A DNA stretch of 64,000 nucleotides from an uncultured Gammaproteobacteria bacterium (lineage in GTDB: Bacteria; Patescibacteriota; Microgenomatia; CAZETR01; Amesbacteraceae), in contig CAZFGX010000001.1 of the NCBI GenBank assembly GCA_964518565.1, forward strand, positions 75,046 through 139,045. The letters are read 5' to 3'. Position 1 is the stretch's first letter, and the number at the start of each line of letters is the position of its first letter. A model generated the notes under the pieces. It saw only the letters and a program-made list of their open reading frames with translations, did no database searches and was not told the DNA's origin. A program made the position numbers and the translations under genes. Below are positions 41,831 to 51,205 of the stretch, piece by piece.

Positions 41831-42655
41831 ATGAAAAGCTTTATCAATGAAACCATTGCCAGTCTAAAAGACAAAACGTACGGCCGGGTTATTATCACCA
41901 AAACCATCAAAGAGTGTTTTATTCATTGGCTAAAAATTGCCCTTGTCTTTTCTGCATTTTATTTAGCTATGGCTATTGTGACTGCAGTATACGAAATTCC
42001 TCAATTACCCAAAATCGCTAAATCAAATTTTCCCAATGGGGAAATCCTTCTCCAAGATGGCCATCTCAGCTCTACTCTAGAACAAAAAACCTTGCTCCAG
42101 ACATCAGATTTTACGGTCACTGTCGATCCATCAGCCAAAATAACCGATCCAGACAGTATTCCATTTGGAGTTCTCATCACCAGTGACAAACTCTATGCCA
42201 AAGCTCCAGACGAGCCAGTCAAAACAATCGAGTTATCTAAATTACCAAATCTGACTCTCTCCAAAGATAGTTTAGCTAAATACTTTTCCGAAAATCAGCT
42301 AAAAATTTTAGGCATAGCTCTGGCGGCTATTCTTATTATTGGCCTAATCGCCACAATAATTTATATTCTTACTCAGGCGATAGGCATGGTAGTTTGGGCA
42401 TCTGTATTTTTTGTCGTTGCCAAAATTCTTCGTAAGCCAATAGAGTATCGCGACATGGTCAAGCTCGTCATTTATGCCAGTGTGCCTTGGCTACTTGTCG
42501 CAAATGTCGTCAATATCACCCCTAACCCTATTTTTTATTGGCTCAACCTGGCTATGTTTACCTTCTTTGTTTTTTCCTGGCTGACCAACCTTCAATCTTC
42601 ACAGATAACCAAAATGCCCTTGAAATCTGAACCAAAAAAGCTCAAACTAAAGTAG
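41831..42655 (+). CDS. DUF1189-like membrane protein
   Basis: One TM, an extracytoplasmic domain, then three C-terminal TMs. Confidence 0.6.
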   Translation: MKSFINETIASLKDKTYGRVIITKTIKECFIHWLKIALVFSAFYLAMAIVTAVYEIPQLPKIAKSNFPNGEILLQDGHLSSTLEQKTLLQTSDFTVTVDPSAKITDPDSIPFGVLITSDKLYAKAPDEPVKTIELSKLPNLTLSKDSLAKYFSENQLKILGIALAAILIIGLIATIIYILTQAIGMVVWASVFFVVAKILRKPIEYRDMVKLVIYASVPWLLVANVVNITPNPIFYWLNLAMFTFFVFSWLTNLQSSQITKMPLKSEPKKLKLK

Positions 42656-42657
42656 AC

Positions 42658-43641
42658 ATGGCAAAAATCGAGTATGGTCAAATCATCTCTCAGGCCAAAG
42701 AACTGACCTTCAAACACAAATGGCTTTGGGTCTACGGCCTAGCTCTAGCTATTTTTGGTGCCGGCGCCTCCTCCAGTTTTCGTTTTCCAAATAGTAGCAG
42801 TTCTTCAAAGCGTCTCCCAGAAAATCTTCCCCAGCAGCTCCCAGAAAATGTCAAAAATGTTCTTGGTGCTACGACAAGTGCCCTCAAAGACTGGTTTATG
42901 TCCATTCCTGCCAGTACCTGGATTCTTTTTATCATCATTTTCACCGCATCAGTTTGTCTGTCAGTAATTGTTGGCATTATCGTCCAAAATTGGGCCAAAG
43001 CCGCTCTCATATCAGCCACTGCCAAATCAATCACCGCCTCAAACCCCCTCACTCTGTCAGAAACTGCTCCTGCCGGCCGAAAATACATGAAAAATCTATT
43101 TATTTTCTCTCTACTCAATGGTCTTATCTCGACATTTATCATTGCCGGTCTGTCTGTACCACTAATCTTTGTCTATGCTTTAAACATGCCAGTAGCACAA
43201 ATACTTCTCTCGATCATTTTTATCCCCATAATCCTCGTTGCTAGCTTATTTTTAGGCTTTATAACGACATATGGAGAACGGTTAGTAGTCTTACATAATT
43301 TCGAACCCTTCGCCGCATGGAAGCGCAGTTGGTCTTTGGCCAAACGCCATTTTGCTCCCAGCTTTATTATGTCGCTTACCAGCGGTCTAGTTGGTTGCAG
43401 TCTTGGCTGTCTTGCGTCTGTGGCTGTAGTAGTTCTTGTCCTATTTTTTGGTTCCCTCATTTATTTACCCAACTTTTTATATCATACTCAAATCACGCCT
43501 ATACAAATCGGCCTTTCAGCAATTGTTCTCGTCTTACTTGCCAATCTCAATCTTATTTTTGCTGCAGCCCTTCAAGTATTCAATCATCAAGTTTGGACAA
43601 TTTTTGTAAATCAAATTTTAGCTGACGAAAAAAATCTATGA
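42658..43641 (+). CDS. Hypothetical polytopic membrane protein
   Basis: Several TM helices, KHKWLWVYG N-terminal motif. Confidence 0.7.
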   Translation: MAKIEYGQIISQAKELTFKHKWLWVYGLALAIFGAGASSSFRFPNSSSSSKRLPENLPQQLPENVKNVLGATTSALKDWFMSIPASTWILFIIIFTASVCLSVIVGIIVQNWAKAALISATAKSITASNPLTLSETAPAGRKYMKNLFIFSLLNGLISTFIIAGLSVPLIFVYALNMPVAQILLSIIFIPIILVASLFLGFITTYGERLVVLHNFEPFAAWKRSWSLAKRHFAPSFIMSLTSGLVGCSLGCLASVAVVVLVLFFGSLIYLPNFLYHTQITPIQIGLSAIVLVLLANLNLIFAAALQVFNHQVWTIFVNQILADEKNL

Positions 43642-44636
43642 AAAATCTCGCTACACCATTCCGCCGATTCCTTGCCTGGAAAATAGATCTTGTCCTGGGA
43701 GGTATTTTACCTATCTATTGTATCTATAAAGCCTTTTCCATTGCTTCAGTTTCCAACTTACTCAGCTATGTAGTCTATTTTATTTTAGCAGCTATGGCCG
43801 TCCAAATAATCCTTGGCCTCCTAAATTGCTGGCTGACGACAAAATTTGGTGGTTCGATTGGTAAATTACTGACAGGAATTCGAGTAGTAGATATGGGTGG
43901 CGAATATATTACATTCAAAAAATCTCTATTCCGCTACTATGTTGGGTATACGATTTCTGGTGCGGTACTTGGACTGGGATATTGGTGGGTTTTCAAAGAT
44001 AAAAATCGCCAAACGTGGCATGATCAATTTGTAAACACATTTGTCATTACCAAAAATCCTTCCGCAGTAGCTCTCGGATTTATCACGCTTGTGGTGCTCG
44101 TTGCAGTATTCACATACCTGAGTTTATCCATGCTTACTAACATAGAAAAAAATCAACTTTTTTATCAAGAATCTATCACCGACATTGCCTCATCGCTAAA
44201 AGACAGCTTGGCGCCCAGTCCGACACATACTCCCACTCCTACACCCTCTACTACCCCAGCAATACCTGACCAGCAGCCATCGTCCTCATCAGCGAGTTCG
44301 CCCAGACCTCCCAAAATTGCCGCGACTGTTGAATCTGATATGGTTTCAGCTATTGCGTTAACAATAGACGGTGCCTCTCCAATTTCACCTACTCGTTTCC
44401 CGTGGCAAAATTCAGATAGTACCACCGTCTACACGGAAGGCTTTATCACGATCATTCCTACTAGTGCCCACCAAAAAGCACTAAATTATTTTATCAATAA
44501 CGGCTTTAGTAAATTAAACGAAAACCCGACTACTCACGAACAAATGTGGGTCAAAAATGCCTCTGTCTGTATCCTGTCTCAATATGATCCAAATCAAAAT
44601 TTTGTTGGTTGCTCTCCCAAGCCTTCAGTAAAATAA
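43638..44636 (+). CDS. RDD-family membrane protein with a Pro/Thr linker and extracellular domain
   Basis: [27 protein letters not shown], then a PTPTP linker. Confidence 0.85.
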   Translation: MKNLATPFRRFLAWKIDLVLGGILPIYCIYKAFSIASVSNLLSYVVYFILAAMAVQIILGLLNCWLTTKFGGSIGKLLTGIRVVDMGGEYITFKKSLFRYYVGYTISGAVLGLGYWWVFKDKNRQTWHDQFVNTFVITKNPSAVALGFITLVVLVAVFTYLSLSMLTNIEKNQLFYQESITDIASSLKDSLAPSPTHTPTPTPSTTPAIPDQQPSSSSASSPRPPKIAATVESDMVSAIALTIDGASPISPTRFPWQNSDSTTVYTEGFITIIPTSAHQKALNYFINNGFSKLNENPTTHEQMWVKNASVCILSQYDPNQNFVGCSPKPSVK

Positions 44637-44677
44637 CCCTTGCGTTTTATCTGCAGCATTGTATATTAGGCTTTGGT

Positions 44678-45721
44678 ATGTCTTCGGATCAAAAACTTCA
44701 AGCAATCAAAATCGCAATGGAGCAAATCGAAAAACAATTCGGTAAGGGCTCTATTATGAAGCTCGGCGAAAAAGCCGAAAAACTAAATATCGATGTCATT
44801 CCCACAGGCTGTATTCCTCTAGATGTAGCCTTAGGTATTGGTGGCTTCCCTCGTGGCCGTATTGTCGAAATTTATGGACCAGAAGCCTCAGGTAAAACCA
44901 CGCTCTGTCTCCACTGTATTGCCGAAGCCCAAAAAAGCGGCGGGGCAGCAGCTTTCATCGATGCTGAGCATGCTCTTGACCCGTCTCGTGCTCAAGCAAT
45001 TGGTGTCGACTTAGACAATCTGTATATCTCCCAGCCCGACTCCGGCGAACAAGCCTTAGAAATCGTTGAGACCTTGATCCGTTCAGGTGCGATGGATGTC
45101 ATTGTAATTGACTCAGTCGCCGCACTCGTACCTCGAGCCGAACTAGAAGGCGATATGGGTGACTCAGTCATGGGTGTCCAAGCCCGACTCATGTCTCAAG
45201 CGTTGCGTAAAATTACTGGAGCCATTGCCAAGAGTAAAACAGTTGTCATCTTTACCAACCAGCTTCGTATGAAAATTGGCGTCATGTTTGGCAATCCAGA
45301 AACTACTACCGGTGGTATGGCTCTGAAATTTTATTCCTCAATTCGTATCGACGTCCGAAAAATCGAATCTCTCAAAGATGGTGACGTCGTCTATGGTTCC
45401 CGCCATCGAGCCAGAATCGTCAAAAATAAGCTCGCTCCGCCATTTAGAGTCGCCGAGTTTGATGTCTTAAATGATCGTGGTATTAGTAAGACCTCTGGAC
45501 TCATCGATGTCGGAATCGAGTTAGGCAATCTGACCAAAAAAGGCGCCTTTATCTATTTAGACAACACTATTCTTGGCCAAGGCCGAGCCGCTGCTGGAAC
45601 ATTTTTAGATGAAAATCCTAAAGTAGCCAAACAACTAGAAGATCACATTTGGAAATCAGTCAAAGATGGTAAAAAAACTCTACCCAAAACAGCTGCTAAC
45701 TCAACAGAAGACGAAGAGTGA
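44678..45721 (+). CDS. recA: Recombinase A
   Basis: [27 protein letters not shown]. Start set at ATG 44678. Confidence 0.98.
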   Translation: MSSDQKLQAIKIAMEQIEKQFGKGSIMKLGEKAEKLNIDVIPTGCIPLDVALGIGGFPRGRIVEIYGPEASGKTTLCLHCIAEAQKSGGAAAFIDAEHALDPSRAQAIGVDLDNLYISQPDSGEQALEIVETLIRSGAMDVIVIDSVAALVPRAELEGDMGDSVMGVQARLMSQALRKITGAIAKSKTVVIFTNQLRMKIGVMFGNPETTTGGMALKFYSSIRIDVRKIESLKDGDVVYGSRHRARIVKNKLAPPFRVAEFDVLNDRGISKTSGLIDVGIELGNLTKKGAFIYLDNTILGQGRAAAGTFLDENPKVAKQLEDHIWKSVKDGKKTLPKTAANSTEDEE

Positions 45722-46191
45722 ACCCAGACCGTACCAAAATCTTCCAGCACGCCCTAAAACTACTTGCTATTCGAGCCAGGTCAAAAAAAGAATTGCTAGA
45801 TCTACTCTGCAAAAAACATTCCAACATTCAATTAATCAAACAAGTGCTTGAAGAGTTAGAGAAAACCAAATTACTCGATGATCAAGAATTCACTCGCTGG
45901 TATGTAGAATCGCGTTCCAGATCTAGACCTCGTTCAGCCTGGTTACTAAAAAAAGAATTACAAAAATTTGGTATCGATTCCCAGACTGTCGAGGTGTATA
46001 TATCTGAGTCTGACCAGGACTTAGCCCAATCAGCCTTGGACGCCAAAATAGCCCGCTTTAGCAAATTAAACTGGCCTGATTTTCAAATCAAAGCCAGCCG
46101 TTTTTTACACAGCCGTGGCTTTTCGTGGCCAACAATTGAGAAAATCCTAAAAAAATCGTATAATAAGCTACATGTTATTAAACAAGACTAA
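45718..46191 (+). CDS. recX: Regulatory protein RecX
   Basis: [27 protein letters not shown]. Overlaps the recA stop. Confidence 0.9.
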   Translation: MNPDRTKIFQHALKLLAIRARSKKELLDLLCKKHSNIQLIKQVLEELEKTKLLDDQEFTRWYVESRSRSRPRSAWLLKKELQKFGIDSQTVEVYISESDQDLAQSALDAKIARFSKLNWPDFQIKASRFLHSRGFSWPTIEKILKKSYNKLHVIKQD

Positions 46192-46193
46192 TT

Positions 46194-47468
46194 ATGGCTT
46201 TTTACACTCCACCGACCAAGTCGTCGTCACCAACTAACACTCCTCCACAACCAAAAGCAACAATTGCTGATATAGACAATGAGCTAGCTTCTTTACAAAA
46301 GCTTCGTGAAGAATATGTTGAAAAGCTGGAAAAAGCGACAGGATTAAGTAAAGAATCAGCCAAAACCCAACTTCTAGAAGAAACACGTAAGGTCTACGCC
46401 GAAGAGTTTGCAAAAGATTTAGAAAATATTCGTCAACAATTCACCACCGAATCAGCCAAAATTTCTCAGGAAATTCTTATAGATGCCATGCTTCATGGTG
46501 CAACCGAATACACTGCGGAATACACTGTCTCTGTTATTCAACTTCCGAACGAAAATGCGAAAGGAAGCATCATTGGCCAAGGTGGCCGAAATATTGCCGC
46601 CTTCGAACGCGCCACTGGTGTAGAAATGGAAATTGAAGAAGGTAACAGTATTCGCATTTCCTCATTCGATTCACTTCGCCGAGAAGTCGCCCGCAGATCT
46701 CTTGAAGTACTCATAAAAGATGGACGCATTACTCCAACTCGAATAGAAGAAGTTGTTACCCAAACCCGTAAACAGGTTGAATTGGTTCTGATTGATGAAG
46801 GTCGAAAAATTTGTGCCGCCTGCGGTGTCTACAACCTAGATCCAGAATTAATTAACATGATTGGTAGATACCGATTCCGTTTTAGCTATGGCCAAAATCT
46901 GGGTATTCATACAATTGAAGAAACAAAAATTGGCGTCCAGATTGCCTCAGAAATCGGCATGTCTGAAGAACAAATTTTGTTCGTTCGTCTTGGTTGTTTG
47001 CTCCACGATATTGGCAAAGTGGTAACAGATGAAGAGGGGACTCATGTCCAACTTGGAGTACAGCTACTCAAAAAATTTAATCTTCCAGAATTAGTAGTAA
47101 ATGCAGTTGCCGAACATCATGAAGATAAGCCATTCTCTTCTCATGTATCACGCGTAGTCTGGATCGCTGACGCCATTTCCGGCTCTCGTCCAGGGGCACG
47201 ATACGAACCACATGATGCGTATGTCAAACGAATGGAACAAATTGAAAATATCGGTCAAAAATTCCCCGAGGTCTTAGAAATCTTTGCTTTCCAAGCCGGC
47301 CGAGACGTTCGGGTAATTGTGAAACCTGAAGCCATTACTGATGCAGAATTAACTTTATTGGTTGCTCGCATCAAACAAGTTCTAGAAAAAGAAGTTCAGT
47401 ATGTCGGTCAAATAAAAGTCACTGCTATTCGCGAAGTTCGTGCTAGCGATATCACCAAGGCCAAATAA
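46194..47468 (+). CDS. rny: Ribonuclease Y (no N-terminal TM anchor)
   Basis: KH domain (KGSIIGQGGRNI), HD domain (LLHDIGK, HHED, ADAISGSRPGAR), QAGRDVRV. Confidence 0.93.
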   Translation: MAFYTPPTKSSSPTNTPPQPKATIADIDNELASLQKLREEYVEKLEKATGLSKESAKTQLLEETRKVYAEEFAKDLENIRQQFTTESAKISQEILIDAMLHGATEYTAEYTVSVIQLPNENAKGSIIGQGGRNIAAFERATGVEMEIEEGNSIRISSFDSLRREVARRSLEVLIKDGRITPTRIEEVVTQTRKQVELVLIDEGRKICAACGVYNLDPELINMIGRYRFRFSYGQNLGIHTIEETKIGVQIASEIGMSEEQILFVRLGCLLHDIGKVVTDEEGTHVQLGVQLLKKFNLPELVVNAVAEHHEDKPFSSHVSRVVWIADAISGSRPGARYEPHDAYVKRMEQIENIGQKFPEVLEIFAFQAGRDVRVIVKPEAITDAELTLLVARIKQVLEKEVQYVGQIKVTAIREVRASDITKAK

Positions 47469-47546
47469 GAGCGCTGCTTCTTGACTTCTGGAGCCAATCA
47501 TAATATTTTTGAGGATATATAGGCATTTTAAAGGAGGTGAAATGAA

Positions 47547-47819
47547 GTGACAAAACAACAAATGTTTGAGGTGGTTGCAAGAAAAGCCCATCTCACAAAA
47601 AAAGCTGCTCGCGACTCTGTTGAAATGTTTTTAGACGAAATCAAAAAATCTTTAGCTAAAGGCGACAAGGTTGTCTTGTCCGGATTTGGAACATTCAAAG
47701 TTGTTCAGGTGAAAGACAAACCCGTGATCGTCCCCGGAACAAAAGAACGCAAAGTCGTCAAAGGTCACCGAGCCGCTCGTTTCACTCCAGGCAAGACTCT
47801 TAAAAAAGCAGTGAAATAA
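47547..47819 (+). CDS. hup: HU family DNA-binding protein
   Basis: VVLSGFGTF, FTPGKTLK. SD AAGGAGGTGA. Confidence 0.93.
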   Translation: MTKQQMFEVVARKAHLTKKAARDSVEMFLDEIKKSLAKGDKVVLSGFGTFKVVQVKDKPVIVPGTKERKVVKGHRAARFTPGKTLKKAVK

Positions 47820-47837
47820 GTCAGTTATCTCATAACA

Positions 47838-47865
47838 CAAAACGAAGCCAATAGGCTTCGTTTTG
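47838..47865 (+). terminator. Intrinsic terminator after hup (possibly bidirectional)
   Basis: CAAAACGAAGCC-AATA-GGCTTCGTTTTG. Confidence 0.8.
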
Positions 47866-47877
47866 TTACCAAAATAT

Positions 47878-48729
47878 ATGCAAAAAGTGCTCATAATTTG
47901 CGGACCAACAGCCACCGGAAAATCTCGCCTCGCGCAACAGCTTTCGCATCTATACCCGGCAGATACAATTTCCGCAGATTCTCGCCAAATTTATATTGGT
48001 ACAGATATTGTCACTGGCACAGACCCCACCACCACGTATGGGATAAACTTGGTTAATCCAAACGAGCAATATAGTGTCTCTCAATGGCAAAAATACGCTT
48101 TAGAAAAGATTTCTCATATTCAGTCTCAAAATAGATTGCCAATTGTCGTCGGTGGTACAGGGCTATATATTGCTTCACTATTAAAGAATCTTGAGAGTAT
48201 TCATATTCCACCAAATCCAGATCTGCGCCAAAAACTTTCCGATCTTTCAGTCGCCGAATTGTTTACAAAATTAAACACCCTCTCTCCACAAAAAGCTCAA
48301 GAATTGAATAATTCGGATCGCAATAATCCCCGTCGTCTTATTCGAGCGCTTGAAATAGCAACGACCATCCCCACCAATCTTAATCATTTGCCAGAGTTTG
48401 ATACACTTCAAATTGGTTTAACTTGCGATCTGTCATCAGCAATGAAAAATATTTCCTTGCGAATAGATCAACGAATCGCCTCAGGAGCCCAGATTGAATA
48501 CTCCACACTTATACAAAAAGGCTTTGGTGAATATTTATCAAACATAGCTTCCGGATACACCTACATATCAGACCCTCAAAAATGGCTAACATCAGAGCTA
48601 CAACTATTTCGTCGGCAAAAAACCTGGTTTAAAAAAATGCCAAATATTCATTGGTTTGATATCGATCAAGTCAACACCTCCGAAAAAGTATTCCAACTTG
48701 TATCCGAATGGTATAGTAAAATAAACTAA
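47878..48729 (+). CDS. miaA: tRNA dimethylallyltransferase
   Basis: GPTATGKS, ISADSRQIY, VGGTGLY, RRLIRALE, RRQKTWF. Confidence 0.92.
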   Translation: MQKVLIICGPTATGKSRLAQQLSHLYPADTISADSRQIYIGTDIVTGTDPTTTYGINLVNPNEQYSVSQWQKYALEKISHIQSQNRLPIVVGGTGLYIASLLKNLESIHIPPNPDLRQKLSDLSVAELFTKLNTLSPQKAQELNNSDRNNPRRLIRALEIATTIPTNLNHLPEFDTLQIGLTCDLSSAMKNISLRIDQRIASGAQIEYSTLIQKGFGEYLSNIASGYTYISDPQKWLTSELQLFRRQKTWFKKMPNIHWFDIDQVNTSEKVFQLVSEWYSKIN

Positions 48730-49718
48730 TGGATAAAAAGTTGGAAATCTCGGAAAAAACTATCCTCTTGACTCTATTATTGCTTCTGGCCGCATGGGTA
48801 ATAATCAAGTTAAATGATGTGCTTATTTTGCTGTTTTTATCATTTATTATTATGTCCGCATTGGACCCCTTGGTAGACCGGCTACAGCGAGCCAAGCTCC
48901 CTCGAAGTCTATCAATTATTATCGTTTACGTAATTTTGTGGCTTGTTCTTGGCAGTCTTCTGGCTGGGCTTGTTCCAGGACTAATTGACCAAACAGGTCG
49001 GTTTATTCGTATCTTGCCCCAGTCTCTAAATCAGATCGAATTCTTCAATGTGCATCAGCAGGAAATCAGCCAACAAACACTTGCCTATGTCAGTTCTATT
49101 CCAGAAAACTTTCTCAAATTTGTGGTTAATCTTTTTGGTAATCTGGTCAACTTTTTATCCACATTAGTTATTTCATTTTATTTGCTTCTTTATCGACCGC
49201 ATTTAGAGAAATATCTCTCTACGTGGATAGGGCAAAAATCTGCCGAAAAAACCACTAAACTTATTGGCAAAATTGAACAGCAATTAGGTAGTTGGGTTCG
49301 TGGCGAACTAGTCTTAATGATTGCAGTCGGAGTTCTAACATATGTTGGATTAGTTGTTTTAGGCGTGGATACAGCGCTTCCATTAGCTATTCTTGCAGGA
49401 TTATTAGAAATAGTTCCTAACATTGGACCTACCTTGTCTGCTATTCCTGCTATTTTAATTGCTCTTACCATCCACCCGCTAACCGCAGCCGGCACTATAG
49501 CCTTGTATTTTATTGTCCAGTTTTTAGAGAACAATTTGCTTGTGCCAAAAATTATGCAAAAAGCTGTCGGAGTTAATCCAATAATGAGTATCGTTGGCCT
49601 AATGATTGGTGTTCGTTTAGCTGGAGCAGCAGGTGCCTTGCTTGCCATCCCAGTTACTATTACGCTTCAAGCCATAATTCCCGAAATTTCCAATCTGCGT
49701 AATTCAACTGAAAAATAA
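48729..49718 (+). CDS. AI-2E (PerM) family transporter
   Basis: LEIVPNIGP, QFLENNLLVPKIM, GALLAIP. Confidence 0.9.
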   Translation: MDKKLEISEKTILLTLLLLLAAWVIIKLNDVLILLFLSFIIMSALDPLVDRLQRAKLPRSLSIIIVYVILWLVLGSLLAGLVPGLIDQTGRFIRILPQSLNQIEFFNVHQQEISQQTLAYVSSIPENFLKFVVNLFGNLVNFLSTLVISFYLLLYRPHLEKYLSTWIGQKSAEKTTKLIGKIEQQLGSWVRGELVLMIAVGVLTYVGLVVLGVDTALPLAILAGLLEIVPNIGPTLSAIPAILIALTIHPLTAAGTIALYFIVQFLENNLLVPKIMQKAVGVNPIMSIVGLMIGVRLAGAAGALLAIPVTITLQAIIPEISNLRNSTEK

Positions 49719-49723
49719 CTTGT

Positions 49724-49982
49724 GCCTGGAAGCGAATAAGCCAGATTCTGTATTAGTAACCATCTGTCTTTGCCCTCATGCTTTCGGTCTCGGGAAGGCG
49801 TCCTAATAGCGACCGGGTCGGAGGTTGCAGCGGGGAGGATTGCCCGTTTCACCCGAGCTTTACCTCGGTTCGTCACTGTTGCTCTAACTAGCGCTTGCGC
49901 GTCCCCCGCAAAGCGGGGGCACCCTGCCTTCTGCTGTCTGGACTTTCCTCTCCCCAAGGGGAGTAGTTACTGGCTTCCAGGC
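49724..49982 (-). ncRNA. rnpB: RNase P RNA (compact, about 260 nt)
   Basis: Minus strand has GAGGAAAGTCC, GGGTGAAACGGGCAATC and ACAGAATCTGGCTTA, with P1 GCCTGGAAGC/GCTTCCAGGC. TATAAT at 49994-49989. Confidence 0.93.
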
Positions 49983-50023
49983 CAGTCAATTATACCCTTT
50001 CTTAGATAGGTTATAATAAATAT

Positions 50024-50182
50024 ATGCTGCTAAGCATTCTTAGTGATCCAAACGCCTTTCGTGGACTCGTCTCTTTGATCTTTGGTGTGCTCATTCTTAT
50101 GTTCCCAAAGCTCCTAAATTATTTGATCGCATTTTATTTTATTATTACCGGCGTCTCGTTGTTGCTCCCTCATTTGCGCTAA
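50024..50182 (+). CDS. DUF3096-family small membrane protein (52 aa)
   Basis: Not in the ORF track. MLLSILSDPNAFRGLVSLIFGVLILMFPKLLNYLIAFYFIITGVSLLLPHLR. TATAAT 6 nt upstream. Confidence 0.8.
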   Translation: MLLSILSDPNAFRGLVSLIFGVLILMFPKLLNYLIAFYFIITGVSLLLPHLR

Positions 50183-50755
50183 ATGCCCAATCTTCTTGCT
50201 CAAAATTCGCTTCCGTTTCGCGATCGTCCATTGTTATTTATAGACTTTGAAACAACTGGACTTGATGTTCGTCAGCATGAAATTATCGAAGTTGCTGCCC
50301 TTGTCGTATCTCCTCACGATTTATCTATCACCAACTCCTACTACACCAAAGTTCTACCAGATCATATTGCTACTGCCGATCCAACATCGTTAACAATCGT
50401 TGGTTACTCAGACAAAGACTGGGAATCAGCTATTCCTCTGCCACAAATGCTGCAAGAATTAAGTCAACTTGCTCCAGATGCACTTTTAGCCGGCTGGTCA
50501 GTACAAACCGAATGGGATTTTCTTATCGCTGCTTTAGAAAAACACGATATGTCTTATTTTTTTACTCACAAACTTATCGAAGTCTACACCTTAGCTTATA
50601 CCCATTTTTATTCAGACCCTACAATAAAATTTTTAAATCTTCGTAATACTGCCAAAGCCTTAGGAATATATCTAGATCAGCACAAGCCTGATTCTGATAT
50701 TCGTGCCACATTTGAAATTTTTAAACGATTAAACACCAAAAACCCCGCTACATAG
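50183..50755 (+). CDS. DEDDh 3'-5' exonuclease (DnaQ/RNase T-like)
   Basis: IDFETTGLD, EIIEVA, HKPDSD. Confidence 0.88.
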   Translation: MPNLLAQNSLPFRDRPLLFIDFETTGLDVRQHEIIEVAALVVSPHDLSITNSYYTKVLPDHIATADPTSLTIVGYSDKDWESAIPLPQMLQELSQLAPDALLAGWSVQTEWDFLIAALEKHDMSYFFTHKLIEVYTLAYTHFYSDPTIKFLNLRNTAKALGIYLDQHKPDSDIRATFEIFKRLNTKNPAT

Positions 50756-50762
50756 CGGGGTT
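50738..50762 (-). terminator. Intrinsic terminator between convergent genes
   Basis: AACCCCGCTA-CA-TAGCGGGGTT with a T tract on the minus strand. Confidence 0.7.
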
Positions 50763-50782
50763 ATTAGAGTAAGACAGATTGC

Positions 50783-50929
50783 TTATTTAGCAGCTCCAAT
50801 CTTAAACATTTTTGTGCCACAAACTGGGCATTTACCTTCAGTTGCTGGTTTACCATTTTTCATAGTAATTTGGCGAGCTTCAGGATCTTCCCGTTTTGCA
50901 CGACACTTAACACAATACATACTTGCCAT
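50783..50929 (-). CDS. DUF5679-family zinc-ribbon miniprotein (48 aa)
   Basis: Not in the ORF track. MASMYCVKCRAKREDPEARQITMKNGKPATEGKCPVCGTKMFKIGAAK. SD GGGGGTGA. Confidence 0.88.
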   Translation of the reverse strand: MASMYCVKCRAKREDPEARQITMKNGKPATEGKCPVCGTKMFKIGAAK

Positions 50930-50960
50930 AGTTACACGTCACCCCCTCTCAAAAAAAATA

Positions 50961-51140
50961 TCATAAAGATAAAGAATGTAGTAATTGGAAAACAGTCTTC
51001 CAGCCACCATGTTGCAAATATATATACAAACCGGCTTGCATTGCAAGGCCGGCAATAGTAACCAAAGTTGTTTTTACTAAATCAGTTCGAATAGTTTCCC
51101 ATGGCAACGCTAACTCTGGTTGATGAAATTTTGTGGCCAT
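50961..51140 (-). CDS. Small single-TM protein (59 aa)
   Basis: Not in the ORF track. MATKFHQPELALPWETIRTDLVKTTLVTIAGLAMQAGLYIYLQHGGWKTVFQLLHSLSL. TGcTAGTAT 6 nt upstream. Confidence 0.65.
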   Translation of the reverse strand: MATKFHQPELALPWETIRTDLVKTTLVTIAGLAMQAGLYIYLQHGGWKTVFQLLHSLSL

Positions 51141-51205
51141 GGGCTCATACTAGCACACGCCTAGAGTATGGGCAAACATTCCTAGCGTGTGCTATGCTTA
51201 ACCAG

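Noticed and set aside
49667-50009. 96 aa and 79 aa ORFs
   Set aside because: They overlap the GC-rich RNase P RNA gene and have no protein features.
51031-51052. Palindrome CCGGCTTGCATTGCAAGGCCGG
   Set aside because: Lies inside the 59 aa membrane-protein ORF (AGLAMQAG), has no U tract and occurs once.
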